NCBI GenBank assembly: GCA_964415675.1
Contig: CAYQBG010000001.1
Span: forward strand, 3,359 to 67,358
Source: an uncultured Hyphomonadaceae bacterium
GTDB taxonomy: Bacteria > Pseudomonadota > Alphaproteobacteria > Caulobacterales > Hyphomonadaceae
Reading direction: 5' to 3'
DNA: 64,000 nt
Numbering within the stretch: the stretch's first letter is position 1; each line of letters begins with the position of its first letter. Below, in pieces: positions 38,086 through 47,865 of the stretch. Position numbers and translations under genes: made by a program. The notes under the pieces are model-generated. The model was not told the origin of the DNA. It worked only from the letters and a program-made list of their open reading frames with translations, and did no database searches.

Positions 38086-38670
38086 TCAGTCAGCGCGCCG
38101 CCCATGCTCGTGCGCCTGCGCCAACCATCTGGCGCGCTTTTCCGGCGAGGCCGCCTCGACGCCGCCAAGAATCGTATGGCGGATCGGCTTGAAGCCAGAC
38201 AGGCCCAGCATCGCGCGTTCGAGCGCCTTCAGCGCGCCCTGGTCCATCATCAGGGAATAAACCGGCCCCGGCATGCCCATGGTGACAATGATGCGGGCCG
38301 ACTTGCCCTTCATCATCCGCTTTGGCCAGCCCTTGTTGCCTTCGGTTGTTTCCAGGAAAAAGCCGGCGCGGCCACACTGTTCGAAAAAGCCGCGCGCCCT
38401 CGCCGGCAGGCTGCCGAGCCAGAGCGGAAAGGCAATGATCAGGTGATCGGCGGCGGCAATCTTTTCGCGCTCGCTGAGGATCGGTTCGGGCGGCGGGCTC
38501 TCGAATTCGGCGGCGCTGGACAGGAGCGGAAAATCGAGAGCGCCAATATCGATCCGCGAAACGCCATGCCCGGCCTCACGCGCGCCATCCTCAGCTGCGT
38601 TGCAGAGCGCGGCCACGAAACGCTCTGGGCTCGGGTCGGGGTGGGCATTGATGATGCAGGTGTGGGACAT
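38086..38670 (-). CDS. Flavodoxin-like-fold NAD(P)H-dependent oxidoreductase (quinone reductase-like)
   Basis: 194 aa. N-terminal IINAHPDP followed by AADHLIIAFPLW, typical of the Flavodoxin_2/NQO family. Start ATG 38670. Confidence 0.7.
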   Translation of the reverse strand: MSHTCIINAHPDPSPERFVAALCNAAEDGAREAGHGVSRIDIGALDFPLLSSAAEFESPPPEPILSEREKIAAADHLIIAFPLWLGSLPARARGFFEQCGRAGFFLETTEGNKGWPKRMMKGKSARIIVTMGMPGPVYSLMMDQGALKALERAMLGLSGFKPIRHTILGGVEAASPEKRARWLAQAHEHGRRAD

Positions 38671-38804
38671 GGACTGATGATGGCCTTGCCCGCCTCCTTC
38701 AGCATTGATCCCGATCAAGCTCCATAGCGGTTCTCACCGCCGAGCGGGCCGAATCAATGCACGATCAATCCACATTTGAAAGCCACCCTCCAGCCAATCG
38801 CTGA

Positions 38805-40412
38805 TCACATCCTGAACACACCAAACCCGCGCTCTGCAAAAGGCGCATTCAGCGCCGCAGACAGCGCGAGGCCGAGCACCCGCCGAGTGTCGCGCGGGGC
38901 AATGATGCCGTCATCCCACAGCCGGGCGGTGGAGTAATACGGGTTGCCCTCGCGCTCATAGCCTTCCCGGATCGGCGCCTTGAAGGCTTCTTCATCCTTT
39001 GCGCTCCACTCCTCGCCGCGCCGCTCCATGCCGTCACGTTTGACGGTGGCGAGCACGCTGGCAGCCTGTTCGCCGCCCATCACGGAGATGCGTGCATTCG
39101 GCCACATGAACAGGAAGCGCGGAGAATAAGCGCGCCCGCACATGCCGTAATTGCCGGCGCCGAAACTGCCCCCTGTGACGAGTGTAAGCTTGGGCACGCT
39201 GGCGGTCGCCACCGCTGTCACCATTTTCGCGCCATCCTTGGCAATGCCGCCCGCCTCATATTTCGAGCCGACCATGAAACCGGTGATATTCTGCAGGAAG
39301 AGTAGCGGAATGCGTCGCTGGTCGGCCAGTTCAATGAAATGGGCGGCTTTCTGCGCGCTTTCACTGAACAGGATGCCATTATTGGCAAGGATCGCGACCG
39401 GCATGCCATGGAGCCGGGCAAAGCCGCACACCAGTGTCTCGCCATAGAGCTTCTTGAACTCGTGGAACTGCGAGCCATCGACGATCCGCGCAATCACCTC
39501 GCGTGCATCATAGGGCTCGCGCACGTCGCGCGGCACGAGGCCGTGCAGTTCGTCGGGCGAATAAAGCGGCTCCAGCGGCTCGCTGAGCCCGACCGTCTCC
39601 GGTTTCGGCTTGTGCAGGCTCGCGATGATGGAGCGCAGGATCGCAAGTGCATGCTCATCGGACACCGCATAATGGTCCGCCACGCCCGACTGGCGCGCAT
39701 GGACATCGGCCCCGCCAAGATCTTCGGCTGAAATCTCCTCACCCGTCGCCGCCTTCACCAACGGCGGGCCACCCAGGAATATCGTGCCCTGTTTGCGAAC
39801 GATCACGCTCTCATCGCTCATGGCCGGCACATAGGCGCCGCCGGCCGTGCATGAGCCCATCACGGCAGCGATCTGAGGGATGCCCCTGGCACTCATATTC
39901 GCCTGGTTGAAGAAGATGCGCCCGAAATGCTCGCGGTCGGGAAAGACCTCCGCCTGGTGAGGCAGGTTCGCGCCTCCCGAATCCACCAGATAGATGCAAG
40001 GTAAATGGTTCTGCTCGGCAATCTCCTGCGCGCGCAGGTGCTTCTTCACAGTGACGGGGAAATAGGCCCCGCCCTTCACCGTCGCATCATTGCAGACAAT
40101 CATGCAGTCGCGTCCCGAAACGCGGCCAATGCCCGTGATGATACCGGCGGCAGGCGCCTCGTCGTCATACATGCCATTGGCCGCCAGCGCGCCGATCTCC
40201 AGAAAGGCCGCGCCGGGATCGATCAGCCGTTCGACCCGTTCACGCGGAAGCAGCTTGCCGCGTGCGGTGTGACGCTCGCGCGAGCGCTCTGGTCCGCCCT
40301 GCGCTGCGGCTTGTGTCTTTACCCGCAGCTCCTCCACAAGCGCATCCATTGCGTCCCGGTTGGCGGCGAAGTCCGGTGAGGAGGGATCGAGGGTGGAATT
40401 GAGAATCGGCAT
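38805..40412 (-). CDS. mccB: Methylcrotonyl-CoA carboxylase beta subunit (carboxyltransferase)
   Basis: 535 aa, the typical MccB length. Both carboxyltransferase halves are present ([24 protein letters not shown]). Confidence 0.88.
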   Translation of the reverse strand: MPILNSTLDPSSPDFAANRDAMDALVEELRVKTQAAAQGGPERSRERHTARGKLLPRERVERLIDPGAAFLEIGALAANGMYDDEAPAAGIITGIGRVSGRDCMIVCNDATVKGGAYFPVTVKKHLRAQEIAEQNHLPCIYLVDSGGANLPHQAEVFPDREHFGRIFFNQANMSARGIPQIAAVMGSCTAGGAYVPAMSDESVIVRKQGTIFLGGPPLVKAATGEEISAEDLGGADVHARQSGVADHYAVSDEHALAILRSIIASLHKPKPETVGLSEPLEPLYSPDELHGLVPRDVREPYDAREVIARIVDGSQFHEFKKLYGETLVCGFARLHGMPVAILANNGILFSESAQKAAHFIELADQRRIPLLFLQNITGFMVGSKYEAGGIAKDGAKMVTAVATASVPKLTLVTGGSFGAGNYGMCGRAYSPRFLFMWPNARISVMGGEQAASVLATVKRDGMERRGEEWSAKDEEAFKAPIREGYEREGNPYYSTARLWDDGIIAPRDTRRVLGLALSAALNAPFAERGFGVFRM

Positions 40413-40481
40413 GGCGGCTCCGGCGGATTCGCAGTTGTTCGCAAAGGCTTAGCCGCCAAGCGCAACGAAGTCGAACGCTTC

Positions 40482-41273
40482 TCAGCCGGCTGGCTGCGCC
40501 GTGGGCCTGGCTATCGCACCCTTTTCGGGGTCGGGAATAAGCTTCGGCTTTACAGGCGCCGCGCCTCGCGCCTCTGCAACGAGCTGCGCAGTGCGCGTCT
40601 CCACCGCATGGGTCAGGCGTTCGAGAAATTCAGCCTTGGGCAGGTCCGACGAGATCGGGTCGAGAAATTCGATCACAGCCGTTCCGGCTCGCTTTTTGTG
40701 CGCCTCCTGCGCCCAGAACAGGCCGAGATTGGTCGCGACGGGAACCACAGGCTTGCCCATGGCGCGGGCCATGTGCCAGACGCCGGGCTTGTAACGAAAA
40801 TGGTGATCAACGGGCGCGAGGTGCCCTTCCGGATAGATCAGGACGTGCCGGCCTTCCTTGGCGGCGCGCTGCATACCCTCAGCAAGCGAAGCGGCCTTGC
40901 GCTCGCCGCCCCCGCAAGTGTCGATGACGACGGCGCCAAGCTTTTTCAGGATCCCGCCGACGAGTGGCAGCTTCTCCAGATGATCGCCGGTGACAAAGGC
41001 CAGATTATCGACCTCCGGATAGATCAGAAAGCCATCGCCCCAGCTCTGATGCTTGGCCGCGATCACGAAAGCCCCTTCAGGCAGCCGCTCGCGCCCGCGC
41101 ACCTCCTTGCGGATTCCGGCCAGGCATCGCAACGCGAGGTTCATCGCCCTTGTATAGCTGCGAATGATGGCCTGCACAGGACCACGCCCGGGCCAGGCCA
41201 GGAAGGGTAGCGCGATGAGGACATAAAGAACCGACAGCGACCAGTAAGCCGCCGCGAACAGGAATGAGCGCAT
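40482..41273 (-). CDS. Lysophospholipid (1-acyl-sn-glycerol-3-phosphate) acyltransferase family protein
   Basis: N-terminal TM helix, HX4D motif (HQSWGD) and the YPEG block. Confidence 0.8.
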   Translation of the reverse strand: MRSFLFAAAYWSLSVLYVLIALPFLAWPGRGPVQAIIRSYTRAMNLALRCLAGIRKEVRGRERLPEGAFVIAAKHQSWGDGFLIYPEVDNLAFVTGDHLEKLPLVGGILKKLGAVVIDTCGGGERKAASLAEGMQRAAKEGRHVLIYPEGHLAPVDHHFRYKPGVWHMARAMGKPVVPVATNLGLFWAQEAHKKRAGTAVIEFLDPISSDLPKAEFLERLTHAVETRTAQLVAEARGAAPVKPKLIPDPEKGAIARPTAQPAG

Positions 41274-41284
41274 GGCGCGCCTCC

Positions 41285-41881
41285 TCAGGCTTGTTTCAGA
41301 ATGGCGAGAATTGCCCTGGTGAAAGCGGGAATATGGTCTGAAAACGGCCCCGGCAGCCGGTTATAGGCCTTGTTCTGGCCCGACTGGGTGAGCACGCCGA
41401 GGCTCATCGCCGCGAGGAGAGGGGGATTTCCCTTCGGTATCTCACCGGTTTCCATGAGCCCGCGTATCAGCCCTTCGGTGATCGAGACCGGATCGTCATC
41501 GCGGCGGATATCGTGTGGCAGGTAACGGTGCATGGACAAAAGGTGGAAGGAGAACAAGAGCCAGTCTTCATCGGCCAGCGAGCAATAGGCTGTCACCACG
41601 CGCCGCACACGGTCTTCAAGCGGTCCGCCCCGGGCGAATGCTTCTGCCATCATGCTGCCAAGCCGGTTGTGGGTCTCCATGAAAAGGGCCAGCGCCAGCT
41701 CGTCCTTGCCCTTGTAATGTCGATAAAGAGCACCTTCTGAGACACCAGCCTGTTCGGCAATGCCGCGCGTCGTGGCGGCATCTACCCCTTCATCGACAAA
41801 TAATTGCAACGCCGCCCGTTCGATCCTGGGACGGGCGTTTCGCACACGCTGGCGCTTTGCAGTTTCACCGGGGTCGGCCAT
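41285..41881 (-). CDS. TetR/AcrR-family transcriptional regulator
   Basis: N-terminal HTH TTRGIAEQAGVSEGALYRHYKGK. Lies 11 nt upstream of the acyltransferase gene. Confidence 0.85.
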   Translation of the reverse strand: MADPGETAKRQRVRNARPRIERAALQLFVDEGVDAATTRGIAEQAGVSEGALYRHYKGKDELALALFMETHNRLGSMMAEAFARGGPLEDRVRRVVTAYCSLADEDWLLFSFHLLSMHRYLPHDIRRDDDPVSITEGLIRGLMETGEIPKGNPPLLAAMSLGVLTQSGQNKAYNRLPGPFSDHIPAFTRAILAILKQA

Positions 41882-42030
41882 ATTTCCAATCCTATGTGAT
41901 TGCGAGGTGTTACGCCATCGGTTTCCAGATTATGAGTGAATGATTACTTACGTATTGATGACGAGTCAAGTCTCATGACCGATCGGGACATGCTGACAGT
42001 CGCGAAAATCTTTTCAGCAGAAGCCCGCGC

Positions 42031-42795
42031 TCAGAGGCTTGGCTGGATCGGCCCATGAGCACGGCCATTCACAAACTGATCGACAAGATCATTGCCGGAC
42101 CGGTCGATCTCGCAAGCCGGGCCGCGCCAGATGATACGCCCTTCATACAACATGGCGATTTCGTCTGCGATCTTGCGTGCCGATGCCATGTCATGGGTAA
42201 TTGAGATAGCGGCAGCGCCGAGCGCCTTGACCTGTTCGATAATCAGGTCGTTGATGGCATCGGCGGTGATCGGATCGAGGCCTGTTGTCGGCTCATCAAA
42301 GAAGATCAGATCCGGCCCGGTAATGATCGCCCGGGCAAGAGCGACGCGCTTTTGCATCCCGCCAGAGATTTCCGCCGGCCGAAGATCGGCAACTGACGCA
42401 CCCAGATGAACCTTGCGAAGAGTCTCGATCGCCCGCTCGCGGGCCTCGACGCGCCGGATGCGTTCGGAATGGATCAGCCGGAAGGCGACATTCTCCCAGA
42501 CGGTGAGACTGTCGAACAAGGCGCCGGACTGGAACAGCATGCCGACCCGCGCGCGCATGGATTCGCGCTCGCGTCCCTCAGCGTGGGTCACATCGCGGCC
42601 ATCGAACAGCACCTCTCCGCTGTCGGGCGTCATCAGGCCAAGTGCATTCTTGAGCATGACAGACTTGCCCGATCCCGAACCGCCCAGCACCACGAGCGAA
42701 CACCCGCGCGCCACATCGATATCGACACCGCGCAGAACGTAATTTGCGCCGAAGGACTTTGTGACGTTTCGCAGTTCCAGCAGCGGCTGGCTCAC
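42031..42795 (-). CDS. mlaF: ABC transporter ATP-binding protein, MlaF-like
   Basis: Walker A GGSGSGKS, signature ISGGMQKRV and Walker B IFFDEP. Overlaps the permease gene by 4 nt. Confidence 0.85.
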   Translation of the reverse strand: MSQPLLELRNVTKSFGANYVLRGVDIDVARGCSLVVLGGSGSGKSVMLKNALGLMTPDSGEVLFDGRDVTHAEGRERESMRARVGMLFQSGALFDSLTVWENVAFRLIHSERIRRVEARERAIETLRKVHLGASVADLRPAEISGGMQKRVALARAIITGPDLIFFDEPTTGLDPITADAINDLIIEQVKALGAAAISITHDMASARKIADEIAMLYEGRIIWRGPACEIDRSGNDLVDQFVNGRAHGPIQPSL

Positions 42796-43619
42796 AATCC
42801 GATCTCCGTGAAAAGTGTCGACATCACATAATTGAGGGCGAGCACGAGAACAGCAGCCGAGACCATGGACAAGGTCGCTGCACGGCCCACCCCTGTGGCA
42901 CCTGCCTTCGACCGGTCACCATGGAAACAACCCATAAGGGCAATCACGCCGCCAAAGACGACCGCCTTGATGAGTCCGGCCGCGATATCCTCAGCTGTCA
43001 CGAAGTCGATTGTATTGCGAAGATAGACTGTAGAATCGAAATCAAGACCCTGCACACTAACCAGCCAACCGCCCATCACACCGATAATATTGGCGATCGC
43101 GACGAGAGCCGGCAGGGCGAGCAGAGCCGCAATCAGGCGTGGGGCATAGAGATATCGTGCAGGGCTGGCCGAGAGTGTTTTCAGCGCATCAATCTGTTCG
43201 GTCACACGCATGGCGCCGATTTCTGCCGCAATGCCGGCAGAGACCCGCCCGGCCAGCATGAGTCCGGTGATCACCGCGCCCAGCTCACGCGTGATGCCCA
43301 GCACCACGATATTCGGTACAAATTGTTCCGCGCCGTAACGAGACCCGCCCGTATAGATGTTCAACGCGAGCGCCGCCCCGATAAAGACTGACGAGAGGCC
43401 GACAACAGGAAGTGAATAGAAACCGATCCGCACCATCTGCCGGAGGATTTCACCCACATACCAGGGCGGCGAGACAGCCGCACCGGCGACCGCGCCAGAA
43501 AAACGCGCCACACCTCCAATCTCCGCAAACAGCGCCAGAACCGCCGCACCGATCCACCGCAGCGGATTGGGGAACCGCGCAGACTGATTGCCTGTCTCGC
43601 TATTCAATGACACGTTCAA
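42792..43619 (-). CDS. mlaE: ABC transporter permease, MlaE-like
   Basis: 275 aa with about 5-6 TM helices. Matches the MlaE/YrbE pattern (GAVITGLMLAGRVSAGIAAEIGAMRVTEQIDAL). Confidence 0.85.
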   Translation of the reverse strand: MNVSLNSETGNQSARFPNPLRWIGAAVLALFAEIGGVARFSGAVAGAAVSPPWYVGEILRQMVRIGFYSLPVVGLSSVFIGAALALNIYTGGSRYGAEQFVPNIVVLGITRELGAVITGLMLAGRVSAGIAAEIGAMRVTEQIDALKTLSASPARYLYAPRLIAALLALPALVAIANIIGVMGGWLVSVQGLDFDSTVYLRNTIDFVTAEDIAAGLIKAVVFGGVIALMGCFHGDRSKAGATGVGRAATLSMVSAAVLVLALNYVMSTLFTEIGL

Positions 43620-44697
43620 TCCTTGACCCTAATCCTGTCACCAGCTCATAACCCAGCGTGCCGGCAAGTGCGGCCTGCTCCTCCAGCCGCGCGCCGGCGC
43701 CAAGCATCTCGACCCACTCACCCGGTTTGGCAAGTCCTGCGGCTGCACTTGCATCCAATGTGATCAGGTCCATCGATACCCGGCCGACAATCGGACAACG
43801 CACACCGCCAAGGACACCGAATCCGCGATTTCCGGCCGAACGAGGAAAGCCATCTCCATAGCCAAGCGCGATGGTCACAAGACGTGCCGGCCGGTCCAGC
43901 CGTACCGTTGCGCCATAACCTACGCTCTCGCCTGCCGGGACATCGCTAACGGTCAGAATGGGCGCACGAAGAATAACACCCGGTTCGAAGTCGATGCTCT
44001 GCGACGGGCTGGTGCCGCCACCATAGAGGCCTATCCCAGGCCGGGTCACATCGCCAAGATAATCAGGCCCGAGAAAATGAGCTGCCGTATTGGCAAGACT
44101 TGTCGGCACGCCCGGGAACACCTCGCGCGCGGCCTGGAAGGCCTGGAGTTGTTGACGGTTTAGCAGGTGTTCCGGCGCATCCGCGCAGGCCAGGTGAGAC
44201 ATGACCAGCGCTGGCGCGCCTAATCGGGAATCGAGCGTTTCGCGGGCGTCCGGTCGAAGGCCGAGCCGGTTCATTCCGGTATCGATATGCAGCGCGAAGG
44301 GGGCTCCGCCCCCTGCTTCGGCCCATAGCGCACTCTGTTGCCCGGAATTGATGACGGGAATGAGACGAGTTTCGGTCAAAACGCCGACGCTATCCTGCGC
44401 GGGTCCGTTGAAGACATGTATCCGGGCATCGCCACCAAGTTCGCACCTTAACGCTGCGCCTTCCTCAGCATAGGCGACAAAGAAGCTGCGGCACCCTGCC
44501 TCGGCCAGTGCGCGCGCGACGGGGGCCAGTCCGTGGCCATAGGCATTGGCCTTGACCACCGCTCCGACCTGCGCGCCCTGCGCCAGCTCTGCCAGCCGCC
44601 GCCAGTTGGCTGCGATGGCATGTGGACGGATCGTGGCGACGGGGCGAGTACTCATCGCCCTTGCGATAGGCCGCTTTGGTCCTCGTGTCATCTGCAC
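43600..44697 (-). CDS. alr: Alanine racemase
   Basis: PLP-lysine motif GAVVKANAYGHG. The start is uncertain (GTG 44697, ATG 44691 or ATG 44655). The 3' end overlaps mlaE by 20 nt. Confidence 0.9.
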   Translation of the reverse strand: MQMTRGPKRPIARAMSTRPVATIRPHAIAANWRRLAELAQGAQVGAVVKANAYGHGLAPVARALAEAGCRSFFVAYAEEGAALRCELGGDARIHVFNGPAQDSVGVLTETRLIPVINSGQQSALWAEAGGGAPFALHIDTGMNRLGLRPDARETLDSRLGAPALVMSHLACADAPEHLLNRQQLQAFQAAREVFPGVPTSLANTAAHFLGPDYLGDVTRPGIGLYGGGTSPSQSIDFEPGVILRAPILTVSDVPAGESVGYGATVRLDRPARLVTIALGYGDGFPRSAGNRGFGVLGGVRCPIVGRVSMDLITLDASAAAGLAKPGEWVEMLGAGARLEEQAALAGTLGYELVTGLGSRIERVIE

Positions 44698-44819
44698 CGC
44701 AACAGCAATGAAATCAGATGGATAAAGCTTAATCGAGGAAATGCAGCTTCACCCTTTCATCTTCCCTTCCGTGCCTGTTATCGGTGCCTGCGTCTTTCAA
44801 AGCAAAGAGGAGACGAAAG

Positions 44820-45197
44820 ATGTCCAGATCATTGAAGATGCTCATCTCGGGGTTTACCGTTGCGGGCTTCGCTTTTGGTGCGCAGGCTCAGGAACAGCCG
44901 TCAAACCCGGCACCTGCACCGCAAGCCGAGATGCAGGCGCCTGTCACCGATGCCGACCTCAAGGCGTTTGCTGATACTCAGGAAGACATTCGTGAAATCC
45001 GCGAGGGCTTCCAGGCCGACCGCGAAGCCGCAAAGGATGATGCGGAGATCAAGGCACTTCAGACCGATGCCCAGAGCGAACTCGACACGGTCATCGCAGA
45101 AAGCCCTCTTTCGATGGACAAACTCAACCAGATCGCCGCGCTGATTCAGCAGGATCCGACCGTTCAGAAACGCTATGTGGAAATCGTGCAGCAATAA
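44820..45197 (+). CDS. DUF4168-family periplasmic protein
   Basis: Signal peptide MSRSLKMLISGFTVAGFAFGAQA followed by a helical repeat pattern (DADLKAFADTQEDIREIRE...). ATG 44820 has GAGGAG upstream. Confidence 0.65.
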   Translation: MSRSLKMLISGFTVAGFAFGAQAQEQPSNPAPAPQAEMQAPVTDADLKAFADTQEDIREIREGFQADREAAKDDAEIKALQTDAQSELDTVIAESPLSMDKLNQIAALIQQDPTVQKRYVEIVQQ

Positions 45198-45227
45198 ACC
45201 GACTGCCTGCCCTGGCGATGCGGACGA

Positions 45228-45884
45228 TCACTTCCCGTCCGCATCGCCTTCCTCCAGCAACTCGCGCACATGCGAATCAAGGTGGCGCTGACGAAGGCGT
45301 TTCTGGCGTTCGACCAGCAGGATCCGCCGCAATTTTTCATAAGCCGAATTCAGGTCGTCATTGACAATACAATAATCATAGCGGCGCCAGTGGCGGATCT
45401 CGGCTCGCGCATCCCTCATCCGACGCGCTACACCCTCATCGGTCATTCCCGGGCGAGCGGCGAGCCGGTCGCGCAGGGCAGAAATGGATGGAGGCAATAC
45501 GAACACCGATACGACATCGTTCGGCATCTGATCGTGCAGCGCATCTGCCCCCTGCCAGTCCACATCGAAGATCACATCGCGCCCGTCTTCCAGATGCGCC
45601 ACAGTGTCGGCGCGCGGTGTGCCGTAATAACGGTCGAAGACTTTGGCCCATTCAAGGAAGGCATCTGCAGCAATCATCTGACGAAACTCCGCAACGCTGC
45701 GAAAATGATAATCTTTGCCATCGACCTCGCCAGGACGCGCGTCACGGGTTGTGGCCGAAACCGACAAGACCACATCGGGAAATTCATCCATCAGCTTGCG
45801 AGACAGCGTTGTCTTGCCAGCGCCCGACGGTGAGGAAATCACAAGCATGAGCCCGCGCCGGCGCATCTTCTGGTCACTCGACAT
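45228..45884 (-). CDS. gmk: Guanylate kinase
   Basis: P-loop ISSPSGAGKTTL. Length about 218 aa. Confidence 0.93.
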   Translation of the reverse strand: MSSDQKMRRRGLMLVISSPSGAGKTTLSRKLMDEFPDVVLSVSATTRDARPGEVDGKDYHFRSVAEFRQMIAADAFLEWAKVFDRYYGTPRADTVAHLEDGRDVIFDVDWQGADALHDQMPNDVVSVFVLPPSISALRDRLAARPGMTDEGVARRMRDARAEIRHWRRYDYCIVNDDLNSAYEKLRRILLVERQKRLRQRHLDSHVRELLEEGDADGK

Positions 45885-46770
45885 TCGCCACCTGCTCCTT
45901 CAGCTGGTCATTGAGCGCCTTGAGTTCGAGGCCGGCATTGGTCAACTCCAGACTGACCGACTTCGAACACAGCGTATTGACCTCGCGCCCGATCTCCTGG
46001 CTGAGAAAATCGAGCTTGCGACCAACTGGACTTCCCCCATCGAGCAGCGCCTCGCCGCTGTCGAAATGGGCTGCCAGCCGGTCCAGTTCTTCGCGAACGT
46101 CCGCCTTTGCCACACTGAGCGCAACCTCTGCCGCAAGCCGGTCCCGGTCGACAAGTTCGCCGGCGCCCAGTTGCTCAAGCTGGTCTTCCAGCCGCGCTTT
46201 CAGCAAGGCCGGCTGGGCCGACGCCAGTTCCTCTGCCCGCCCGGCAACACTGCGAAACTCCCCAAGAAGGCGTTTCAGAAGGTCCATCTGAGCGCGGCCT
46301 TCACCAAGCCGCGAAACTTTGAGCGCGTCGAGCGCCGCGCCGAGACCTGTTTCAATTTCACTGATAACAGTCTCATCGCGGGCGAGCGTGCGAAAATCGG
46401 CGCTTCCTGTTTCAATGACACCCTTGTGCGACAGGAGCTGCGCAATCACAGAGGGGGGGGGCGCGCGACCAGTACCTGACCGATCCTCGACCAGTGCGAT
46501 CAACCGGTCGAGAAGCCCTTCGTCGAGTTGGAGATCAGTGACCAAACCGGACATGTCGATCCGGACAGTGACCTGCAGGCTGCCACGGGAAAACTGCGCT
46601 CCGGCAGCCGCCCTGGCGGCACGTTCAAGTCTATCGAAACCCGGCGGCGTATTCACCCGCACATCAAGACTACGACCGTTTACGCTCTTTGCTTCGACCG
46701 TCCAGGCGCCCCAGTCGGCCTCACCTGCCGCCGACCCATATCCGGTCATGGACGACACCGGGGCCATCAA
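45874..46770 (-). CDS. YicC-family stress-induced protein
   Basis: N-terminal SMTGYG and C-terminal DQLKEQVQN-like NVE end, typical of YicC. Overlaps gmk by 11 nt. Confidence 0.85.
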   Translation of the reverse strand: MMAPVSSMTGYGSAAGEADWGAWTVEAKSVNGRSLDVRVNTPPGFDRLERAARAAAGAQFSRGSLQVTVRIDMSGLVTDLQLDEGLLDRLIALVEDRSGTGRAPPPSVIAQLLSHKGVIETGSADFRTLARDETVISEIETGLGAALDALKVSRLGEGRAQMDLLKRLLGEFRSVAGRAEELASAQPALLKARLEDQLEQLGAGELVDRDRLAAEVALSVAKADVREELDRLAAHFDSGEALLDGGSPVGRKLDFLSQEIGREVNTLCSKSVSLELTNAGLELKALNDQLKEQVANVE

Positions 46771-47783
46771 TTGCTCCTCTCGCGCGCAATCTCGTCGGCT
46801 TCATAACGGCGATAGGCGGCGACATTGCGATTATGCTCGGCCAGTGTCTCGGCAAAGGCGTGCCCGCCTGTGCCGTCTGCGACAAAGAACAGGTAGTTCG
46901 TCTCAGGCGGATCAAGAACGGCGGCAATCGCCGCCCTGCCGGGATTGCATATCGGCGTCGCCGGCAGACCGGGAATCTTGTAAGTGTTCCAGGGTGTCTC
47001 ACGGTCCAGTTCAGAACGGTAGAGCGTGCGCCGCTCGCCGCGACGATTGTAGAGCGGCTCACCTTTCGAAACCCCATAGATCACGGTTGGATCGGACTGG
47101 AGCGGAATGCCCCGTTGCAGCCGATTGGTGAAGACACCTGCGATCAGGTCTATCTCATCGCGGCTGCCCGCTTCCTTTTCCACGACCGAGGCCAGGATAA
47201 CCGCCTCTTTGCGACTGGAAACAGGAATACCGCCGACCCGCTCCGGCCAGAGCTCATCGAGCAACGCCGCCTGAGCCGCTTCCATACGGGCGATGATATC
47301 CGCCCGGTTCGTCCCGCGATTGAAAAGATAAGTGTCGGGCAGCAGCGCGCCTTCTTCCGGAACGGTTTCGGGCATAGGACCGGTGAGAACAGGGTCAGCT
47401 TCGATGATCCGCAGGGCCTGCGCGGTGGTTCGTCCCTCGGGAATGGTGATCCTGTACTGAATGGCCTCGCCTTCGACGAGCGTTTCCAGAACGCGTGTCA
47501 TGCTGGCTCGCGCAGGCAATCTGAATTCGCCGGCCTTTACCGACGTCTCGACGTTCTCGAGACGCGCCTTAAGGCGCATCAACCGGGCATCGGTGATAAC
47601 GCCCAGAGTTTCCAGCCGTGAAGCCACACTGACCAGGCTTTCGCCCGACCGCACCTCGAAAACAGTGTCCTCCAAGGCCGGGCCATCACGGCTGACTGCG
47701 TTGTCGAACCAGACCCAGCCAGCCGCCGCGGCGCCCATGGCCAGGAGGAGAAGCAGAAACAGGAAGGAGATGAACGCTTTCAT
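46767..47783 (-). CDS. mltG: Endolytic murein transglycosylase MltG (YceG family)
   Basis: Single N-terminal TM helix (FISFLFLLLLLAMGAAAAGW) and YceG core motifs (ITIPEG, ILASVVEKE). ATG 47783; the listed 493-aa ORF extends into fabF antisense. Confidence 0.88.
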   Translation of the reverse strand: MKAFISFLFLLLLLAMGAAAAGWVWFDNAVSRDGPALEDTVFEVRSGESLVSVASRLETLGVITDARLMRLKARLENVETSVKAGEFRLPARASMTRVLETLVEGEAIQYRITIPEGRTTAQALRIIEADPVLTGPMPETVPEEGALLPDTYLFNRGTNRADIIARMEAAQAALLDELWPERVGGIPVSSRKEAVILASVVEKEAGSRDEIDLIAGVFTNRLQRGIPLQSDPTVIYGVSKGEPLYNRRGERRTLYRSELDRETPWNTYKIPGLPATPICNPGRAAIAAVLDPPETNYLFFVADGTGGHAFAETLAEHNRNVAAYRRYEADEIARERSN

Positions 47784-47865
47784 TTCGGGCTGTCCCGGCT
47801 CCCTTACAATTGGGCGGGGCGATGAATTCTGTCCCGTCTGGCACGCACCGCCGGGACTGTCGCCT

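Noticed and set aside
41882-42030. TetR operator palindrome in the AT-richer gap upstream of the TetR gene
   Set aside because: I found only a TACGTA core and loosely symmetric flanks (TGAGTGAATGATTACTTACGTATTGATGACGAGTCA). There is no convincing inverted repeat.
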